From assembly GCA_038087875.1 (NCBI GenBank), contig CM075997.1, forward strand, positions 7,194,001 through 7,258,000: a stretch of 64,000 nt of DNA. The letters run 5' to 3'. Shown here in pieces: positions 1-13,161 of this stretch. The notes beneath the pieces were generated by a model. That model was not told where the DNA came from. It searched no databases and was given only the letters and a program-made list of their open reading frames with translations. The translations under genes and the position numbers were made by a program. How positions within the stretch are numbered: the first letter of the stretch is position 1; every line of letters begins with the position of its first letter. This stretch comes from Malacoraja senta (lineage: Eukaryota).

Positions 1-239
1 CCTGTCCTGTACTGTTTGTTGGTGTTCTGTGTAAATTTGTGTTTATAACTTGAAAACCACAAATATATATATATTTTTTAAATGCTTCTATGTGCATTTA
101 AGCCCGTCTGGATTGCCTGCTAGAATTGCTTTGCCAGGTAATTTAAGGGACATCACATTCCATGAGTGAAAAATTCCAAGTGAGTTCAGATTTTTGCTCA
201 CAAGTCCCTCATTTTAACCAGTTACCCTTTAAACAAGAT

Positions 240-347
240 AGACAAAAATGCTGGAGAAACTCAGCGGGTGTGGCTGCCTCACCCGCTGAGTTTCTCCAGC
301 ATTTTTGTCTCCCTTCGATTTTTCCAGCATCTGCAGTTCTTTCTTAA
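240..347. repeat. Penelope pLTR-derived inverted repeat
   Basis: 31-bp perfect stem (240-270 / 280-310) with a 9-nt loop; same sequence follows the GIY-YIG fragments elsewhere in the window. Confidence 0.8.
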
Positions 348-373
348 ACTTCAATCAAGATAAGTCGGTCTAA

Positions 374-640
374 GGCAGCAGTAGAGTTGCTGCCTTGCAG
401 TGTCAGAGACCCGGGTTCGATCCTGACCACGGGCGCTGTCTGAGCAGAGTTTGTACGTTCTCCCCACGAGACCTGCGTGGGTTTTCTCCGGGATCTCCGG
501 TTTCCTCCCACACTCCAAAGACGTAGGCTGATTGGGTTCGGTAAAATTGTAAATTGGCCCTAGTGTTTGTGTTGGATAGTGTGATTTCTGGACTCGGTGG
601 GCTGAAGGGCCTGTTTCCGCGCTGTATCACTTAACTAAAC
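374..640 (+). mobile_element. V-SINE (HE1-like), partial
   Basis: B-box gggttcgatcc, core ggagtttgtacgttctcccc...ggtttcctcccac, CR1-like tail gaagggcctgtttcc. Confidence 0.85.
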
Positions 641-969
641 TGCAGTCCCTAGGGAACCACCTTTCATAAACAGCTTCCCTCCGCACTCCTGATGTTTCAC
701 TGTGTTTATGATGAGAAAGATGAACCTTGAGTGATGAAATTGAAGTGTCCAAGTTCACGACACAGAACGGACAAATTGATTTGCGCCTGAGGGACGCAAG
801 TTTTAAGAAGCAGGGAGAACGTGCAAACTCCAGACAGGCAGCATCCATAGTCAGAATCGAACCCAGGTCTCTGTGAGGCAGCAACTCTACCGCTGCGCCA
901 CTGTGCCGCCCTTTCTATGCATGTTTCTGCGCTGAGTGCAGAGTCTGGGCCAATGCAGTTTTGGTCGCC

Positions 970-1226
970 TAGACTCCAGAACCAGGGGCCACAGTTTAAG
1001 AATAAGGGGTGAGCCATTTAGAACGGAGACGAGGAAACACTTTTTCTCACAGAGTAGTGTGAGTCTGTGGAATTCTCCGCCTCAGCGGTCGGTGGAGGCA
1101 GGTTCTCTGGATGCTTTCAAGAGAGAGCTAGATAGGGCTCTTAAAAATAGCGGAGTCAGGGGATATGGGGAGAAGGCAGGAACGGGGTACTGATTGAGGA
1201 TGATCAGCCATGATCACATTGAATGG
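970..1226 (+). mobile_element. CR1 LINE 3' fragment
   Basis: SRTRGHSLRIRG...LWNS...AGTGY* ORF2 C-terminus plus 3' UTR. Confidence 0.9.
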
Positions 1227-1295
1227 TAGACAAAACTGCTGGAGAAACTCAGCGGGTGAGGCAGCATCTATGGAGCGAAGGAAATAGGCAACGTT

Positions 1296-1646
1296 TCAGA
1301 ATATGACAGTCCCGCCATCCCGGGAATGAACCTTGTAAACCTACGCTGCACTTCCTCAATAGCAAGAATGTCCTTCCCCAAATTAGGGGACCAAAACTGC
1401 ACACAATACTCCAGATGTGGTCTCACTAGGGCCCTGTACAACTGCAGAAGGACCTCTTTGCTCCTATACTTGACTCCTCTTCTTATAAAGGCCAACATGC
1501 CATTCGCTTTCTTCACTGCCTGCTGTACCTGCATGCTTACTTTCATAGACTGATGAACAAGGACCCCCAGATCCCGTTGTACTTCCCCTTTTCCCAACTT
1601 GACACCAGTTAGATAGTAATCTGCCTTCCTGTTTTTGATACCAAAG
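1296..1646 (-). mobile_element. CR1 LINE ORF2 fragment
   Basis: RDLGVLV...KKANGML...LYRALVRPHLEYCVQFWSP motif. Confidence 0.9.
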
Positions 1647-2299
1647 TGGATACCAAATAGGGTAGTGATCAGTGGTTGGCATGCACTCGGTGGGGCGAAG
1701 GGCCTGTTTCCGCAAACTCTCAACTCTATCTCCGAACTCTAAACCAAATCAATACTTTCTAGCTTAGAAATGGTTTTTACCAAGTTTATTCAAGGAGTAA
1801 AAATATTTGTGATCAAGATTCATATCCTGCACTAACTTCAGAGTTAAGGAATACAATATAAGATAATAAAACATAGAAACATAGAATTAATTAATGTTTA
1901 ATATATAAAATTTTACAAGTAGTTCAAATTTATCATTGTGTGTTAAAGTCAATTTAAGTATGCTGCCACTGCATATTCTGTACCCGTCTGAATAATAATT
2001 CTGCAATGGACATCATTGGTACTAATAAATTAATTTAACATATTTTAGATTTCCCTTGTGCGTGGTCTTGTAGAAGTAATAGTTTCTGCCTGTTCCTACT
2101 CCAAGGATATAAAATGTTTCCTTGGAATTGTGTACAACTATTTAATTCTGGGGGAGGTTCTCATATGTGGAGAAAGGGTTTTGAAGAAGGGTTTCGGCCC
2201 GAAACGTTGCCTATTTGCTTCGCTGCATAGATGCTGCCTCACCCGCTGAGTTTCTCCAGCATTTTTGTCTACCTTTAACATATGTGGAGCGTGCATTTC

Positions 2300-3090
2300 A
2301 GAGTTTAGTTTAGTTTAGAGATGCAGCATGGAAACAGGCCCTTCAGCCCGACGAGTCCACACCGACCATTGATCTCCCAGTCACACTAGTTTAGTTTAGT
2401 TTAGAGATACAGCGCGGAAACAGGTCCTTCGGCCCACTGAGTCCGCACCGACCAGCGATCCCCACACATTAACACTACCCTATACACACTAGGGACAGTT
2501 TTTACATTTATACCAAGCCAATTCACCTACAATTCTATGTTCTACATAACCTACAGTTCGAAGTTGTCTCATGTTCTCATCCACTCCCTACACACTTGGA
2601 GCAATTTACAGAGGGGCCGATTAACCTATAACCCCGCACGTCTTTGGGATGTGGGAGGAAACCGGAGCACCCGGAGGAAACCCACCCGGTCACAGGGGGA
2701 ACATGCAAACTCCACACAGACAACACCCAAAGTCAGGATCAATGTCAGCAGTGGGTCGAGCTGCATCTGGGGGAGGAAAGGAATCGTTAATGGTTAGGGT
2801 CAAGGACGCTTGTGTCTCCAGCTCATGTCAGGACGGTAGATTGCCTGGAGGGGAACCTGCAGCATGTCTTGATGGGTGAGCTTACAGGATCAGAAGGTGC
2901 CGTTTAGTTTAGTTTAGAGATGCAGCACGGAAACAGGCCCTTCGGCCCACCGAGTCCGCCCCGCCCATTGATCACCCGTTCACACTAGTTTAGTTTAGTT
3001 TAGCAATACAACGCAGAAACAGGCCCTTCGGCCCATCGAGTCTGCCCCGACCAGCGATCCCCACACATTAACACTATCCTACACACACTT
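2300..3090 (-). mobile_element. Cluster of nested V-SINE 3' ends and bodies
   Basis: Repeated (tttag)n-agatacagc-ggaaacaggcccttcggccc tails and SINE core. Confidence 0.75.
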
Positions 3091-4077
3091 TCTGCCGACT
3101 GGTTGGCACGCAACAAAAGCTTTTCACTGTACCTCGGTACACGTGACAATAAACTAAACTGAACACTATAAATTGAACTCTGCTATCCCGATAGTTTCAA
3201 ACTATAACACTGATAACGTTTTTAATTAACCAGATACATTTCTACAACTAAATGCAACCAAATCCCTTGTTCGTGCTTAACACCGTGAGCCTTTTTTTAA
3301 TATCATTTCTTCCCTAAGTCGCTCCCCTTGATGTGTCATGCCGCAAATCTTTTCCCAAATTATAATTTTCTGAAAGAAATCTAATTTCCACTTGAATGAA
3401 TCAATGCCAGCAGGTTCTTCAATTTCCTTTGGAGAGAATTTACGTTTTCACTGAAACAATTTGGTTTTTAATCTCGATTTATAGAGTCACACAGCATGGA
3501 TACAGGCGCCCCGGTCCAGCTTGCCAACACATGTCCCGGCCAACATGTCCCAGCTTCACTGGTCCCGCCTGCCCACGTTTGGTCCATATCCCCCAAACCT
3601 GTCCTATCCACGTACCTGTAGAACTGTTTCTTAAACGTTGGGATAGTCCCTGCCTCAACTACCTCCTCTGGCAGCTCGTTCCATACACCCACCACCCTTT
3701 GTGCAAATTCTGAGAAAGGGGAGAATTTTGGACTTTTGCAAAGGAACACGAGTCTGAAAACCATGACCGTCAGGTTCCAAGAATCGCCTCTTCCCAGCAA
3801 CCATGTGGGTTTTCTCCAGGTGCACTGGTTGCCTCCCACAGTCCAAAGACATACAGGTTTGTAGTTGAATTAGCGTTTGGCAGAATTGTAAATTTGCCCT
3901 AGTGTGTAGAATAGAACTAGTGTATGGGGTGATCACTGGTTGGCATGGATTCAGTGGGCCGAAGGGCCTCTTTCCATGCTGTCTGAAGTCTAAACCATCT
4001 GGCCTTTGAATTCTATGAAAACTAACCCCCGACTGTCTTTGGTCACATGAAGGGCTTTGGGTCTTTTTCCAAAGGCC

Positions 4078-4689
4078 AATAGACAATAGGTGCAGGAGTA
4101 GGCCATTCGGCCCTTCGACCCAGCACCGCCATTCAATGTGATCATGGCTGATCATCCCTAATCAGTATCCCGTTCCTGCCCTCGCCCCATATCCCCTGAC
4201 TCTGCTATTTTTAAGAGCCCTATCTAGCTCTCTCTTGAAAGTATCCAGAGAACCAGCCTCCACCGCCCTCGGAGTCAGAGAATTCCACAGACTCACAACT
4301 CTCTGTGAGAAAAAGTGTTTCCTCGTCTCCGTTCTAAACGTCTTACCCCTTATTCTTAAACTGTGGCCCCTGGTTCTGGACTCCCCCAAGATCGGGAACA
4401 TGTTTCCTGCCTCTAGCGTGTCCAAACCCTCAATAATCTTATATGTTTCAATAAGATTCCCTTTCATCCTTCTAAACGCCAGAGTGTACAAGCCCAGCCG
4501 CTCCATTCTCTCAGCATATGACAGTCCCGCCATCCCGGGAATTAACCTTGTAAACCTACGCTGCACTCCCTCAATAGCAAGAATGTCCTTCCTCAAATTA
4601 GGGGACCAAAACTGCACACAATACTCCAGGTGTGGTCTCACTAGGGCCCTGTACAACTGCAGAAGGACCTCTTCGCTCCTATACTCAAC
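4078..4689 (-). mobile_element. CR1 LINE 3' fragment (young-looking)
   Basis: Uninterrupted 164-aa frame LYRALVRPHLEYCVQFWSP...AGTGY, 3' UTR and (ctattgt)n tail. Confidence 0.92.
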
Positions 4690-5828
4690 ACTTCCACTAG
4701 TATTAGGGTTATTAATTTATTGATGTCTTTTTTATTACATATTATCTACGTGGATTGTGTTTACAGGCCTGTTATGGTGCTGCAAGTAAGAATTTAATTG
4801 TTCTGTTGTCCATAAATATGACAATTAAACCATCTTGCTTATTGATCTAAGATAGAGAGCCCTTGTGGCTAAGGGGATCAGGGGGTATGGAGAGAAGGCA
4901 GGTACGGGATACTGAGTTGGATGATCAGCCATGATCATATTGAATGGCGGTGCAGGCTCGAAGGGCCGAATGGCCTACTCCTGCACCTATTTTCTATGTA
5001 TCTATGTAAAATTATTTATTTCAGAGGGCCACAACTCTTTGGAACTTAAAGGGCAGTGGAAGCAGAATCTGAATGCAGGTCTCACCACCGATTTTCCAGC
5101 AACTGGTGTTCCGGCACCTCCTTTAATCCGGACAAAATTACGAGAGCGACCTTGAAATACCTTCCCGGATGTCCCCCCGAAAATGTGGTGCCTAGACCGG
5201 CTAAGGCGGCCGATCTCGACCTCATCGGGACTTCCGTACCGATTGGCGGGTCAAATTTTCCCCCCTGCGGCCGGGGCTCTGGAACTCCGGCTCGGCTGGA
5301 GCCGGCAGATCCGTTCCATTAGCCGACTTCCACGGCCGACTTTGCGGGCCGGTATCTCGGCCTCCAGGTGGCCTAGGCGTACCGTTCCAGTACTGTTGGA
5401 CTCTGACCTCTGTGGATCTGATCTGTTGTCTTCCACCTAACTCAAATTTCACTGTACCTTAGTTGGTTAAGTGACAATAAACGCAAACTTGAACGAACTT
5501 GTAAATGGATAACCCAGAAAGCCAAAATTGGAACCAAGGGTGCTGGAAAATTGGTGGTGAACCTGTACTTCGAGGGTAAAGATAGATAGACACACTTAAC
5601 AAGTATAGCGAAGGAACGTTACTGGTGAAGATGGGATATTTAAAACATAACAAATCCCCAGGGACTGATGGCTAACAAGCTAGGGATCTGAAGAAGGGTC
5701 CTGATCCGAAATGTCACCTATCCATTTTCACCAGAGATGCTCTCTGAAGGGCTGAGTTACAGCAGCACTTTGAGTCTATCTGGGGTTTAAAATAGGTGGT
5801 TGCAGAAACAATGGAGGTTTTGCATTAC

Positions 5829-6429
5829 GGGGCTGTCCTAATCTGCGAGTTTAGACGAGTTTGCCCTCGACTCAAACTCGCAGCATGGTCGGCACGTGGT
5901 CCTAGGAGGTCCTACGAGGTCACAGGAACTCTCCTTCATGCTCGAGGGAAGTTCCCACATACTCGCGGCCTCTTTGGTCGAGGAAAGATTTTCAGCATGT
6001 TGACAATTTTTCCGCGAGTAAAAATTGGTCGGCGTGGGTCTTTTGAACTCGTAGTGCAGTGAAGTGGGGTCGCTATGTAGTTACAGGCAGTCCAGGGCAG
6101 CCGTAGGCAATCTCCTCTCTGACCGGCCATTTTAATTGGCTCATTGGAGTTTTCAGGACCAAGGAAAACCGACCGGTAGGTTAAATGCCCGCTAAACTTT
6201 ATTTAGTGTCTCCACTCCTTCTCCCCCTCCTTCTCCCCCCATTCTCCCCTCCCTTCTCACCCCCCTTCTCTCCCCTTCTCTCCCCCTCTCTCCCCTTCTC
6301 TCTCCCCCCCCTCTCCGCGCTCTCTAAAGGACTTACCGTAACTGTGCAGCCGTATTTTACCTTCCTGTTCATCACGGGTGTGAATTTCAGACAGCGCTCC
6401 CCCGCTTTCCCCGGCCCCCGCCTATGCGA

Positions 6430-6460
<31 letters not shown>

Positions 6461-6558
6461 GCGGTCGGTCGATCCAGCTCGAGGTTTATCAGGCGAGTGC
6501 CCTCGAGCTTGAAGGTCGAAGACAGTCGCTGAAAGGTCGCGTCAGTGGGGCAGGCCCT
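5829..6558. mobile_element. PIF/Harbinger-type MITE (long variant)
   Basis: Degenerate TIRs ggggctgtcc.../gtggggcaggccct; internal CT and GT microsatellites. Confidence 0.65.
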
Positions 6559-6889
6559 TTAATCTTGCAGAGTTTCCTAGGTTTTCGAATGGTGTCTGTG
6601 GATGGAAGTTCTCTTTACTGATCTGTAGTAATTCTTTATTAATCCTGTTGCTCAAGAAAGGAGGGAGAGAGAAAATAGACCACCATAGAGAAAAATAAGA
6701 AGTATAGAAGTGTGAAACGCACACCTCTAGATTCAGCGGCAATTTCTTCCCAGCTGTTATCAGGCAACTGAATCATCCTACCACAACCAGAGAGCAGTCC
6801 GGAATTACTATCTACTTCATTGGTGACCCTTGGACTATCTTTGATCGGACTTTACTGGCTTTGCATTGATCATTATTCCCTTATCATGT

Positions 6890-7096
6890 AGGATGGAACT
6901 GCAGATGCTGGTTTAAATCGAAGATAGACACAAAATGCTGGAGTAACTCAGCGGGACAGGCAGCATCTCTGGAAAGAAGGAATGGGTGACGTTTCGGGTC
7001 GAGATTGAAGAAGGATCTCGACCCGAAACGTCACGCATCCCTTCTCTCCAGAGATGCTGCCTGTGCCGCTGAGTTACTCCAGCATTTTGGGTCTAT
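6890..7096. repeat. Penelope pLTR-derived inverted pair with hammerhead-like motif
   Basis: Inverted copies of gacacaaaatgctggagtaactcagcgg...gacgtttcgggtcgaga around a short spacer. Confidence 0.8.
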
Positions 7097-7619
7097 ACAC
7101 TGTAAATGGCTCGATTGTAACCAGGTATTGTCTTCCAGCTGACTGGATAGCTCGCAACAAAAGTCTGTCACGGTACCTCGATACACGTGACAATAAACTA
7201 AACTGAACCGAACAAACGTATGTAAGAATTGTATGTAAGAATTAAGGAAAAGGTACACAGAAAATCAGACCGCAGACTGATCTGCCCTTGGCATTTATCA
7301 CGTTAGACTTTCGCTAATCTTTTTACACACCCTTAAAGACTTTAATAATTTTTTTCGTGAAGCCTGCTGCTTTTTTCATATCGTTTTGTCTGTTTGTGGA
7401 TTGAAAAATAACTCATTTGACAAATCTGTAATGAGTTTTTTGTAGTCAGAGCCAGCAGGGTGACTTTAAACTAGTGGATGTGGTGCATTTTATTTCTCAA
7501 AGATATAATTTTTTTTTACAAAAATAAGTTTATTACAAGATAAAAATGATTTTGCAAGGAACGTCAATTCATTAAAAAATATATATATATGAGCAAGTAT
7601 TAAAGCAAAACTCTATAGT

Positions 7620-8045
7620 TTGACGGCACTGGGCCTGTACTCGTAGGAGTTTAGAAGGATGAGGGGGGACCTCAAGGAAACGTAGCGAATAGTGAAAGGA
7701 TAGTGGATGTGGAGAGGATGTTTCCACTAATAGGAGAGTCTAGGACCAGAAGTCACAGCCTCAGAATTAAAGGATGTTCCTTTTGGAAGGAGATGAGGAG
7801 GAATTTCTTTAGTCAGAGGGTGGTGAATCCGTGGAATTCATTGCCACAGAAGGAGGTCAAGTCAGTGGATATTTTTAAGGCAGGGATAGATAGATTCTTG
7901 ATTAGAACGGGTGTCAGAGGTTATGGGGAGAAGGCAGGAGAATGGAGTTAGGAGGAAGAGATAGATCAGCCATGGTTGAATGGTGGAGAAGACTTGATGG
8001 GCCGAATGGCCTAATTCTATCCCTATCACTTATGAACATGAACTT
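7620..8045 (+). mobile_element. CR1 LINE 3' fragment (older subfamily)
   Basis: DVERMFPL.GESRTRSHSLRIKG...RRNFFSQRVVN; (ttatga)n-like tail. Confidence 0.88.
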
Positions 8046-8519
8046 ATTCTGGTCTAAGATGCAGCAGCGATCCCGGAAAGTGGCCATGTTGCCCATAACA
8101 CCACGTGCCTCTCAAACATATTCCAGTCTAAAGAAGGGTTCCGATCCGAAACGTCTCCTATTTATTTTCTCCAGAGATGTTGCCTGACCCGCTGAGTTAC
8201 TCCGGGATTTTGTGTCTATCTTGGGTATAAACCAGTATCAGTAGATCCATTCTTTCACTTGCCAGGCTTTGGACCATTCCCACCTCCCATCCAGCTTTTT
8301 CTGGTCTCACCACGATCAGTCTGAAGAACCGAAATGCCATCTATTCATGTTCCCAAGAGATGTTGTCTGACCCGTTAAGTTATTCCAGAAATTTGTATCT
8401 TTTAAAAATTATTATTATGGCTTTGTCTCAAAAGTACTCCATTAGCTGCTTATGATAAAGTGCTTTATGAGGTTGTGAAAATTGGGTAAAATGCTAGTTT
8501 TTCTTCCTTTCATATATGT

Positions 8520-8925
8520 CAGGTCAGGTCAGGTCAGGTCAGGTCGGGGGGAGTACCATGCAATCCCGTGCTACCTGCTCCATGGTCGCATAGTCGGCGA
8601 CTAAACCTGGTTTGCCAGGTGAGGAGGGGGCCGTGCACCCCCAGCAGGACCAAAAACAAGAGCTGTCAAAGGGCGGATGAGCTCCTAGCGAGCCAACGGC
8701 CATCCACACTTCAGTAGAAGTTGCGATCACTGTCGTACACGGCATTGTAAGGAATGATGATAAAGCACACACACACACACCAAAATCCTAGACTTCCAGC
8801 GGCGGAAGTCCGCAGGAACTGGAGGACAGAGATGTGTGGTGCGTCCGTCACCGTTCCCGTTGGAGACCAACACCACTGCGTCGCTAATGTTGTCAACGAT
8901 GATGAATGAATGGATGAATGAATCA
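8520..8925 (+). mobile_element. Unclassified short retroelement-like unit (RTE-like?)
   Basis: (caggt)n head, structured GC-rich body, (tga)n/(tgaa)n tail; no ORF. Confidence 0.35.
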
Positions 8926-9140
8926 TATATGTCTGGTGGTTTGATCATGATGTCCTCCCCATGGACATCAATAATAAGTAACCATGATGGATACACCACA
9001 AAAGAGGTCCCACTCTGTGTGGTTTAGTCTCATTTCGTTTGCTCGCCCGTGCTTGCCTTTTCAAATCTCAAGCCTTTGGCCTTGGAATTTGCTCGTAGAC
9101 TTCATGCCCTGAAGTGTGCAACTTCCAGGCTTACAAATTG

Positions 9141-9445
9141 GGCGGCACGGTGGCACAGCGGTAGAGTTGCTGCCTTACAGTGCTTGCAGTGCCGGAGACC
9201 CGGGTTCGATCCCGACTACGGGTGCTGTCTGTACGGAGTTTCTCCCCGTCACGTGTGGGGATTTTCTCCGAGATCTTCGGTTTCCTCCCACTCTCCAAAG
9301 GTTTGCAGGTTAATTGGCTTGGTGTAAGTGTAATTTATCCCTAGTGTGTGTAGGCTGGTGTAAGTGTGCGGGGATCGCTGGTCGGTGTGGACACGGTGGG
9401 CCGAAGATCCTGTTTCCGCGCTGTATGTCTAAACTAAACTGAACT
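9141..9445 (+). mobile_element. Full-length V-SINE (HE1-like)
   Basis: tRNA-like head ggcggcacggtggcacagcggtaga (A box) and gggttcgatccc (B box), V core, CR1-like tail, (taaac)n end. Confidence 0.9.
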
Positions 9446-9663
9446 GTTTTCTTCAGCTTCTCCCAAATGACAATAGTGCATGAAATATTTGTTCTACTCA
9501 TTTCCGACCCGAAACGTCACCTATTCCTTCGCTCCATAGATGCTGCCTCACCCGCTGAGTTTCTCCAGCATTTTTGTCTACCTTCCTTTCCACATCCACT
9601 CTGTTTAGGCCTTTCATTACCCAGTAAGTTTCAATAAGATCACCTGTTCTTGTTCACCTGTTA

Positions 9664-9983
9664 AAGCCCTGTCCCACGGTACGAGTTCATTCCAAGAGCT
9701 CTCCCGAGTTTGCCCTGATTCGAACCCGGAGATTTACGGTAATGGCCGCTCGTCGGTACTCGGGGCTCTCGTGGACATTTATCATCATGTTGAAAAATCT
9801 TCACGAGTCTTCCCGTGCTTGCCTGCCGTTAGCGAGTCTTCCCGAGTACCTGCCGTTAATGCTAAGAGACGTCCCCGAGCTCCGACGTACCCGCTACGTT
9901 CATTCTCCGTGCTTACCACGAGTTTGATTTTTTCTAAACTCGGGAGAGCTCTTGGAATGAACTCGTACCGTGGAATAGGGCTA
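9664..9983. mobile_element. PIF/Harbinger-type MITE
   Basis: TIR aagccctgtcccac.../gtggaatagggcta; extended IR gtacgagttcattccaagagctctcccgagttt; TWA flanks. Confidence 0.85.
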
Positions 9984-10429
9984 TAACACACTGTGGACCC
10001 CTTTTCATCTTTCACATGCCTGTGTAGTCACAGGATACCTGGGAGGAAGAATTTGATGCCCATTATATGACATAGAACAGTACAGCACAGTAACAGGCCC
10101 TTCGGTCCACAATGTCTGTGCTGAACATAATGCAAGACAAACTAATCTCATCTGCCTGCATGTGATCCATCCTCCATCATTCCCTGCATATCCAAGCCTC
10201 TTTAACTGTTAAAAAATAATTTTAATTATTTAGAAGCAGCATTATGTTCTCTCATTACAGTGTCTCTGTTTAGTAATCAATGAAAATGTAACAATTGATT
10301 AAAGCAGCATTAAAACTAAAGTCAAGTTACTTTGCAAGCCACAATCGATCTCCAGCCTGTCTAAGGTAGATAAAAATGCTGGAGAAACTCCAGCTTGTCT
10401 ATCTATTATTTCACATTATATTCAGTCTC

Positions 10430-11003
10430 TTGTTGCAGTTGTATAAGACGTTGGTGAGACCGCATTTAGAATATTGTGTTCAGTTCTGGGCACCATGTTA
10501 TAGGAAAGATATTGTCACGCTTGAAAGGATTCAGAAAAGATTTATGAGGATGTTGCCAGGACTAGAGGGTGTGAGCTGTCGGGAGAGGTTGAGCAGGCTG
10601 GGTCTCTATTCCATGGAGCGCAGAAGGATGAGGGGTGATCTTATAGAGGTGTATAAAATCATGAGAGGAATAGATCGGGTAGATGCACAGAGTCTTTTGC
10701 CCAGAGTTGGGGAATCGAGGACCAGAGGACATAGGCTCAAGGTGAAGGGGAAAAGATTTAATAGGAATCTGAGGGGTGAATTTTTCACACAAAGGGTGGT
10801 GGGTGTATGGAACAAGCTGCCAGAGGAGGTAGTTGAGGCTGGGACTATCCCATCATTTAAGAAACAGTTAGACAGGTACATGGATAGGATAGGTTTGGGG
10901 GGATATGGACCAAGCGCAGGCAAGTGGGACTAAGGTTGCTGAGACATTGTTGGCCGGTGTGGGCGAGTTGGGTCTGTTTCCACACTGTATCACTCTATGA
11001 CTC
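10430..11003 (+). mobile_element. CR1 LINE 3' fragment (second subfamily)
   Basis: LYKTLVRPHLEYCVQFWAP...RRMRGDLIEVYKIM...VWNKLPEEVV; (ctatga)n tail. Confidence 0.92.
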
Positions 11004-11027
11004 TCCAGGGATGTTTCCAAGTGCAAA

Positions 11028-11225
11028 TAGACACAAAAAGCTGGAGTAACACAGCGGGACGGGCAGCATCTCTGGAGAGAAGGAATGGGTGACGTTTGGG
11101 GTCGAGACCCTTCTTCAGACCCAAGACATCACCCTTTCCTTCTCTCTATAGACGCTGCCTGTCCCTCCGAGTTACTCCAGCATTTTGTGTCTATCTTCGG
11201 TGTAAACCAGCATCTGCAGTTCCTT
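11028..11225. repeat. Penelope pLTR-derived inverted pair
   Basis: tagacacaaaaagctggagtaac... pairs with ...gttactccagcattttgtgtcta. Confidence 0.75.
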
Positions 11226-11357
11226 TTGAATACATGTTTCAACGTGATATTGTTCAATTGTTAGATTTACCATTCCTGAAAGTTGACCCTCTTCAATTTA
11301 TGAAACCTCTGATGTCAATGGGAGATAATGATATAAATCTGTTGTTCTGCTTGTCAG

Positions 11358-11457
11358 AGTACCGTGGATAAACTGATAAAGAAGACAAACCTGGCTCTGG
11401 TGATAGGTACCCACTCATGGCGGGAGCAGTTTATGGAGGCCATTACAGTCAGCGCTG
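11358..11457 (+). CDS. SLC8A: Internal coding exon of a Na+/Ca2+ exchanger (SLC8A/NCX family); paralogue unresolved, NCX2- or NCX3-like
   Basis: Acceptor tgttctgcttgtcag|AGT, donor GCT G|gtaag, 100 bp (33 codons + 1 nt). It translates to STVDKLIKKTNLALVIGTHSWREQFMEAITVSA, the conserved NCX segment that follows CBD2 (recalled human NCX2 NTVDKLIKKTNLALVIGTHSWREQFLEAITVSA; NCX1 STVDKLIKKTNLALVVGTNSWREQFIEAITVSA). Confidence 0.95.
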
Positions 11458-11734
11458 GTAAGATGACACTTTAGTTTTTCTCCCGCAGCTTGAGAGCAAT
11501 ATATCCAATGGAAATTCTGACAATTTGCATGTATTGCTATGCCAAGTTAATTCCATCCATGTGGACTGATTTAAATCAACGCTGTAAGATGCTTTCAAAT
11601 GTACTCAAGAAAGATCTGATTAGTCAGAGAGCTAGCAAAATGCCAGCAACAATGCACACATTGTTTGCTTTGCCTCTTTCTATTTTCGTAGCAAAACATA
11701 CAGTATATTAGGTTTAAGGTGAACAGGCAAGATT

Positions 11735-12570
11735 TAGGTGAGACCAAGCGTAGGCTTGGCGATCGTTTCGCCGAACACCTCCGCTCGGTCCGCAATAACC
11801 AACCTGATCTCCCAGTGGCTCAGCACTTCAACTCCCCCTCCCATTCCAAATCCGACCTTTCTGTCCTGGGCCTCCTCCATGGCCAGAGTGAGGACCACCG
11901 GAAATTGGAGGTATGCAGCACCTCATATTTCACTTGGGCAGTTTATACCAAAGATCCTATAGCGGAGCAAGATAGACCACTCCTTCTAAATGCAATGGGC
12001 TGACGTGTAGTACGCAACGGAGTGGAACGTGGGCCTTTTTTTCATCCATTTTAGTAACCCGACCCGACCCGACTCGCAGTGTAATTAACGTTGCGGGGAA
12101 ACAGTTTGTGTTAATAAATTATAATTCTGAAAATGAGGAGTAGATTTTTACGAGGATGTTTCCGTAACCGGCTTCCGTCTCCGCACTAGTATCTTTGCTC
12201 CGCTATGGGATCTTTGGTGCGGAGACGGAAGCCAGTTACGGAAATGGGGCCGAAAATTACCCATGAATCTGCCCATGACCGTACTATGTCTTTTTCGTTG
12301 AGTGGACTATCTTGCTCGCTGTAGGATCTTTGGTTTATACCCTAGCGGCATGAACATTGACCTCCAATTTCAGGTAGCCCTCACTGTCTCCTCCCCTTCT
12401 CAGCTCTCCCTCAGCCCGCTGGCTCCTCCTCTTCCTTTCTTCTTCCCGCCCCCCCCCCCCCCACCCTACATCAGACTGAAGAAGGGTTTTGGCCCGAAAC
12501 GTTGCCTATTTCCTTCACTCCATAGATGCTGCCGCACCCGCTGAGTTTCTCCAGCATTTTTGTCTACCTA
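11735..12570 (+). mobile_element. Penelope-like element 3' fragment (GIY-YIG C-terminus + pLTR), interrupted by a hAT MITE
   Basis: GETKRRLGDRFAEHLRSVRNNQPDLPVAQHFN...LGSLYPSGMNID; pLTR with CTGAAGA...GAAAC motif at 12476-12503. Confidence 0.88.
11949..12332. mobile_element. Non-autonomous hAT-type DNA transposon
   Basis: ~33-bp imperfect TIRs caaagatcctatagcggagcaagatagaccactc / gagtggactatcttgctcgctgtaggatctttg; exact 8-bp TSD gtttatac (11941-11948, 12333-12340). Confidence 0.9.
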
Positions 12571-12832
12571 AGATTTAAGGGACATCTATTTCACTCAGAG
12601 GGTGGTGGGTATATGGAACCAACTGCCAGTGGAGATAGTTGAGGCAGGTACTCTAATAGGACACTTGGACAGTTACATGAATAGGAAAGGTTGGGCCGAA
12701 ATGAGCATATGGGGACTAGTTTAGGTGGTGCATCCTGGTCAGCAAGTTGGGCTGAAGGGCCTGTTTCCATGCTGTATGACTTTATGCCTCAGCAGTTCTC
12801 AATTTCATGCCTTGGTTATCTAGCTCATACTT

Positions 12833-13117
12833 TAGTCTTTAGAGATACAGCGTGGATATAGACCCTTTGACCCGCTGAGTCCATGCTGACCAGCGGCCAC
12901 CCTGTACACTAGCACTATCCCACACACTGGGCACCATTTTATCGAAGCCAATTAAACTACAAACCTGTATGTCCCTGGCATGTGGGAAGAAACAGGAGAA
13001 AACCCACACGGTTACGGGGAGAATGTACAAACTCTGTACAGACAGCACCCGTGGTCAGGATCGAACCCGGGTCTCTGGTGCTGTGAGGCAGCAACACTAC
13101 CGCTGCGCCACCGTGCA
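12833..13117 (-). mobile_element. V-SINE
   Basis: Reverse complement of SINE head, core and tail. Confidence 0.85.
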
Positions 13118-13161
13118 GCCCTGCTTCTCATTGCTTACTTCAACTGTCCCTAAAAACCTTA

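Noticed and set aside
4162..4656. CR1, Rex1 and Penelope ORFs as host genes or intact autonomous elements
   Set aside because: All are 5'-truncated C-terminal fragments; no complete RT or endonuclease ORF is in the window
9141..9220. SINE heads as tRNA genes
   Set aside because: A/B boxes run directly into the V-SINE core and tail; many dispersed copies
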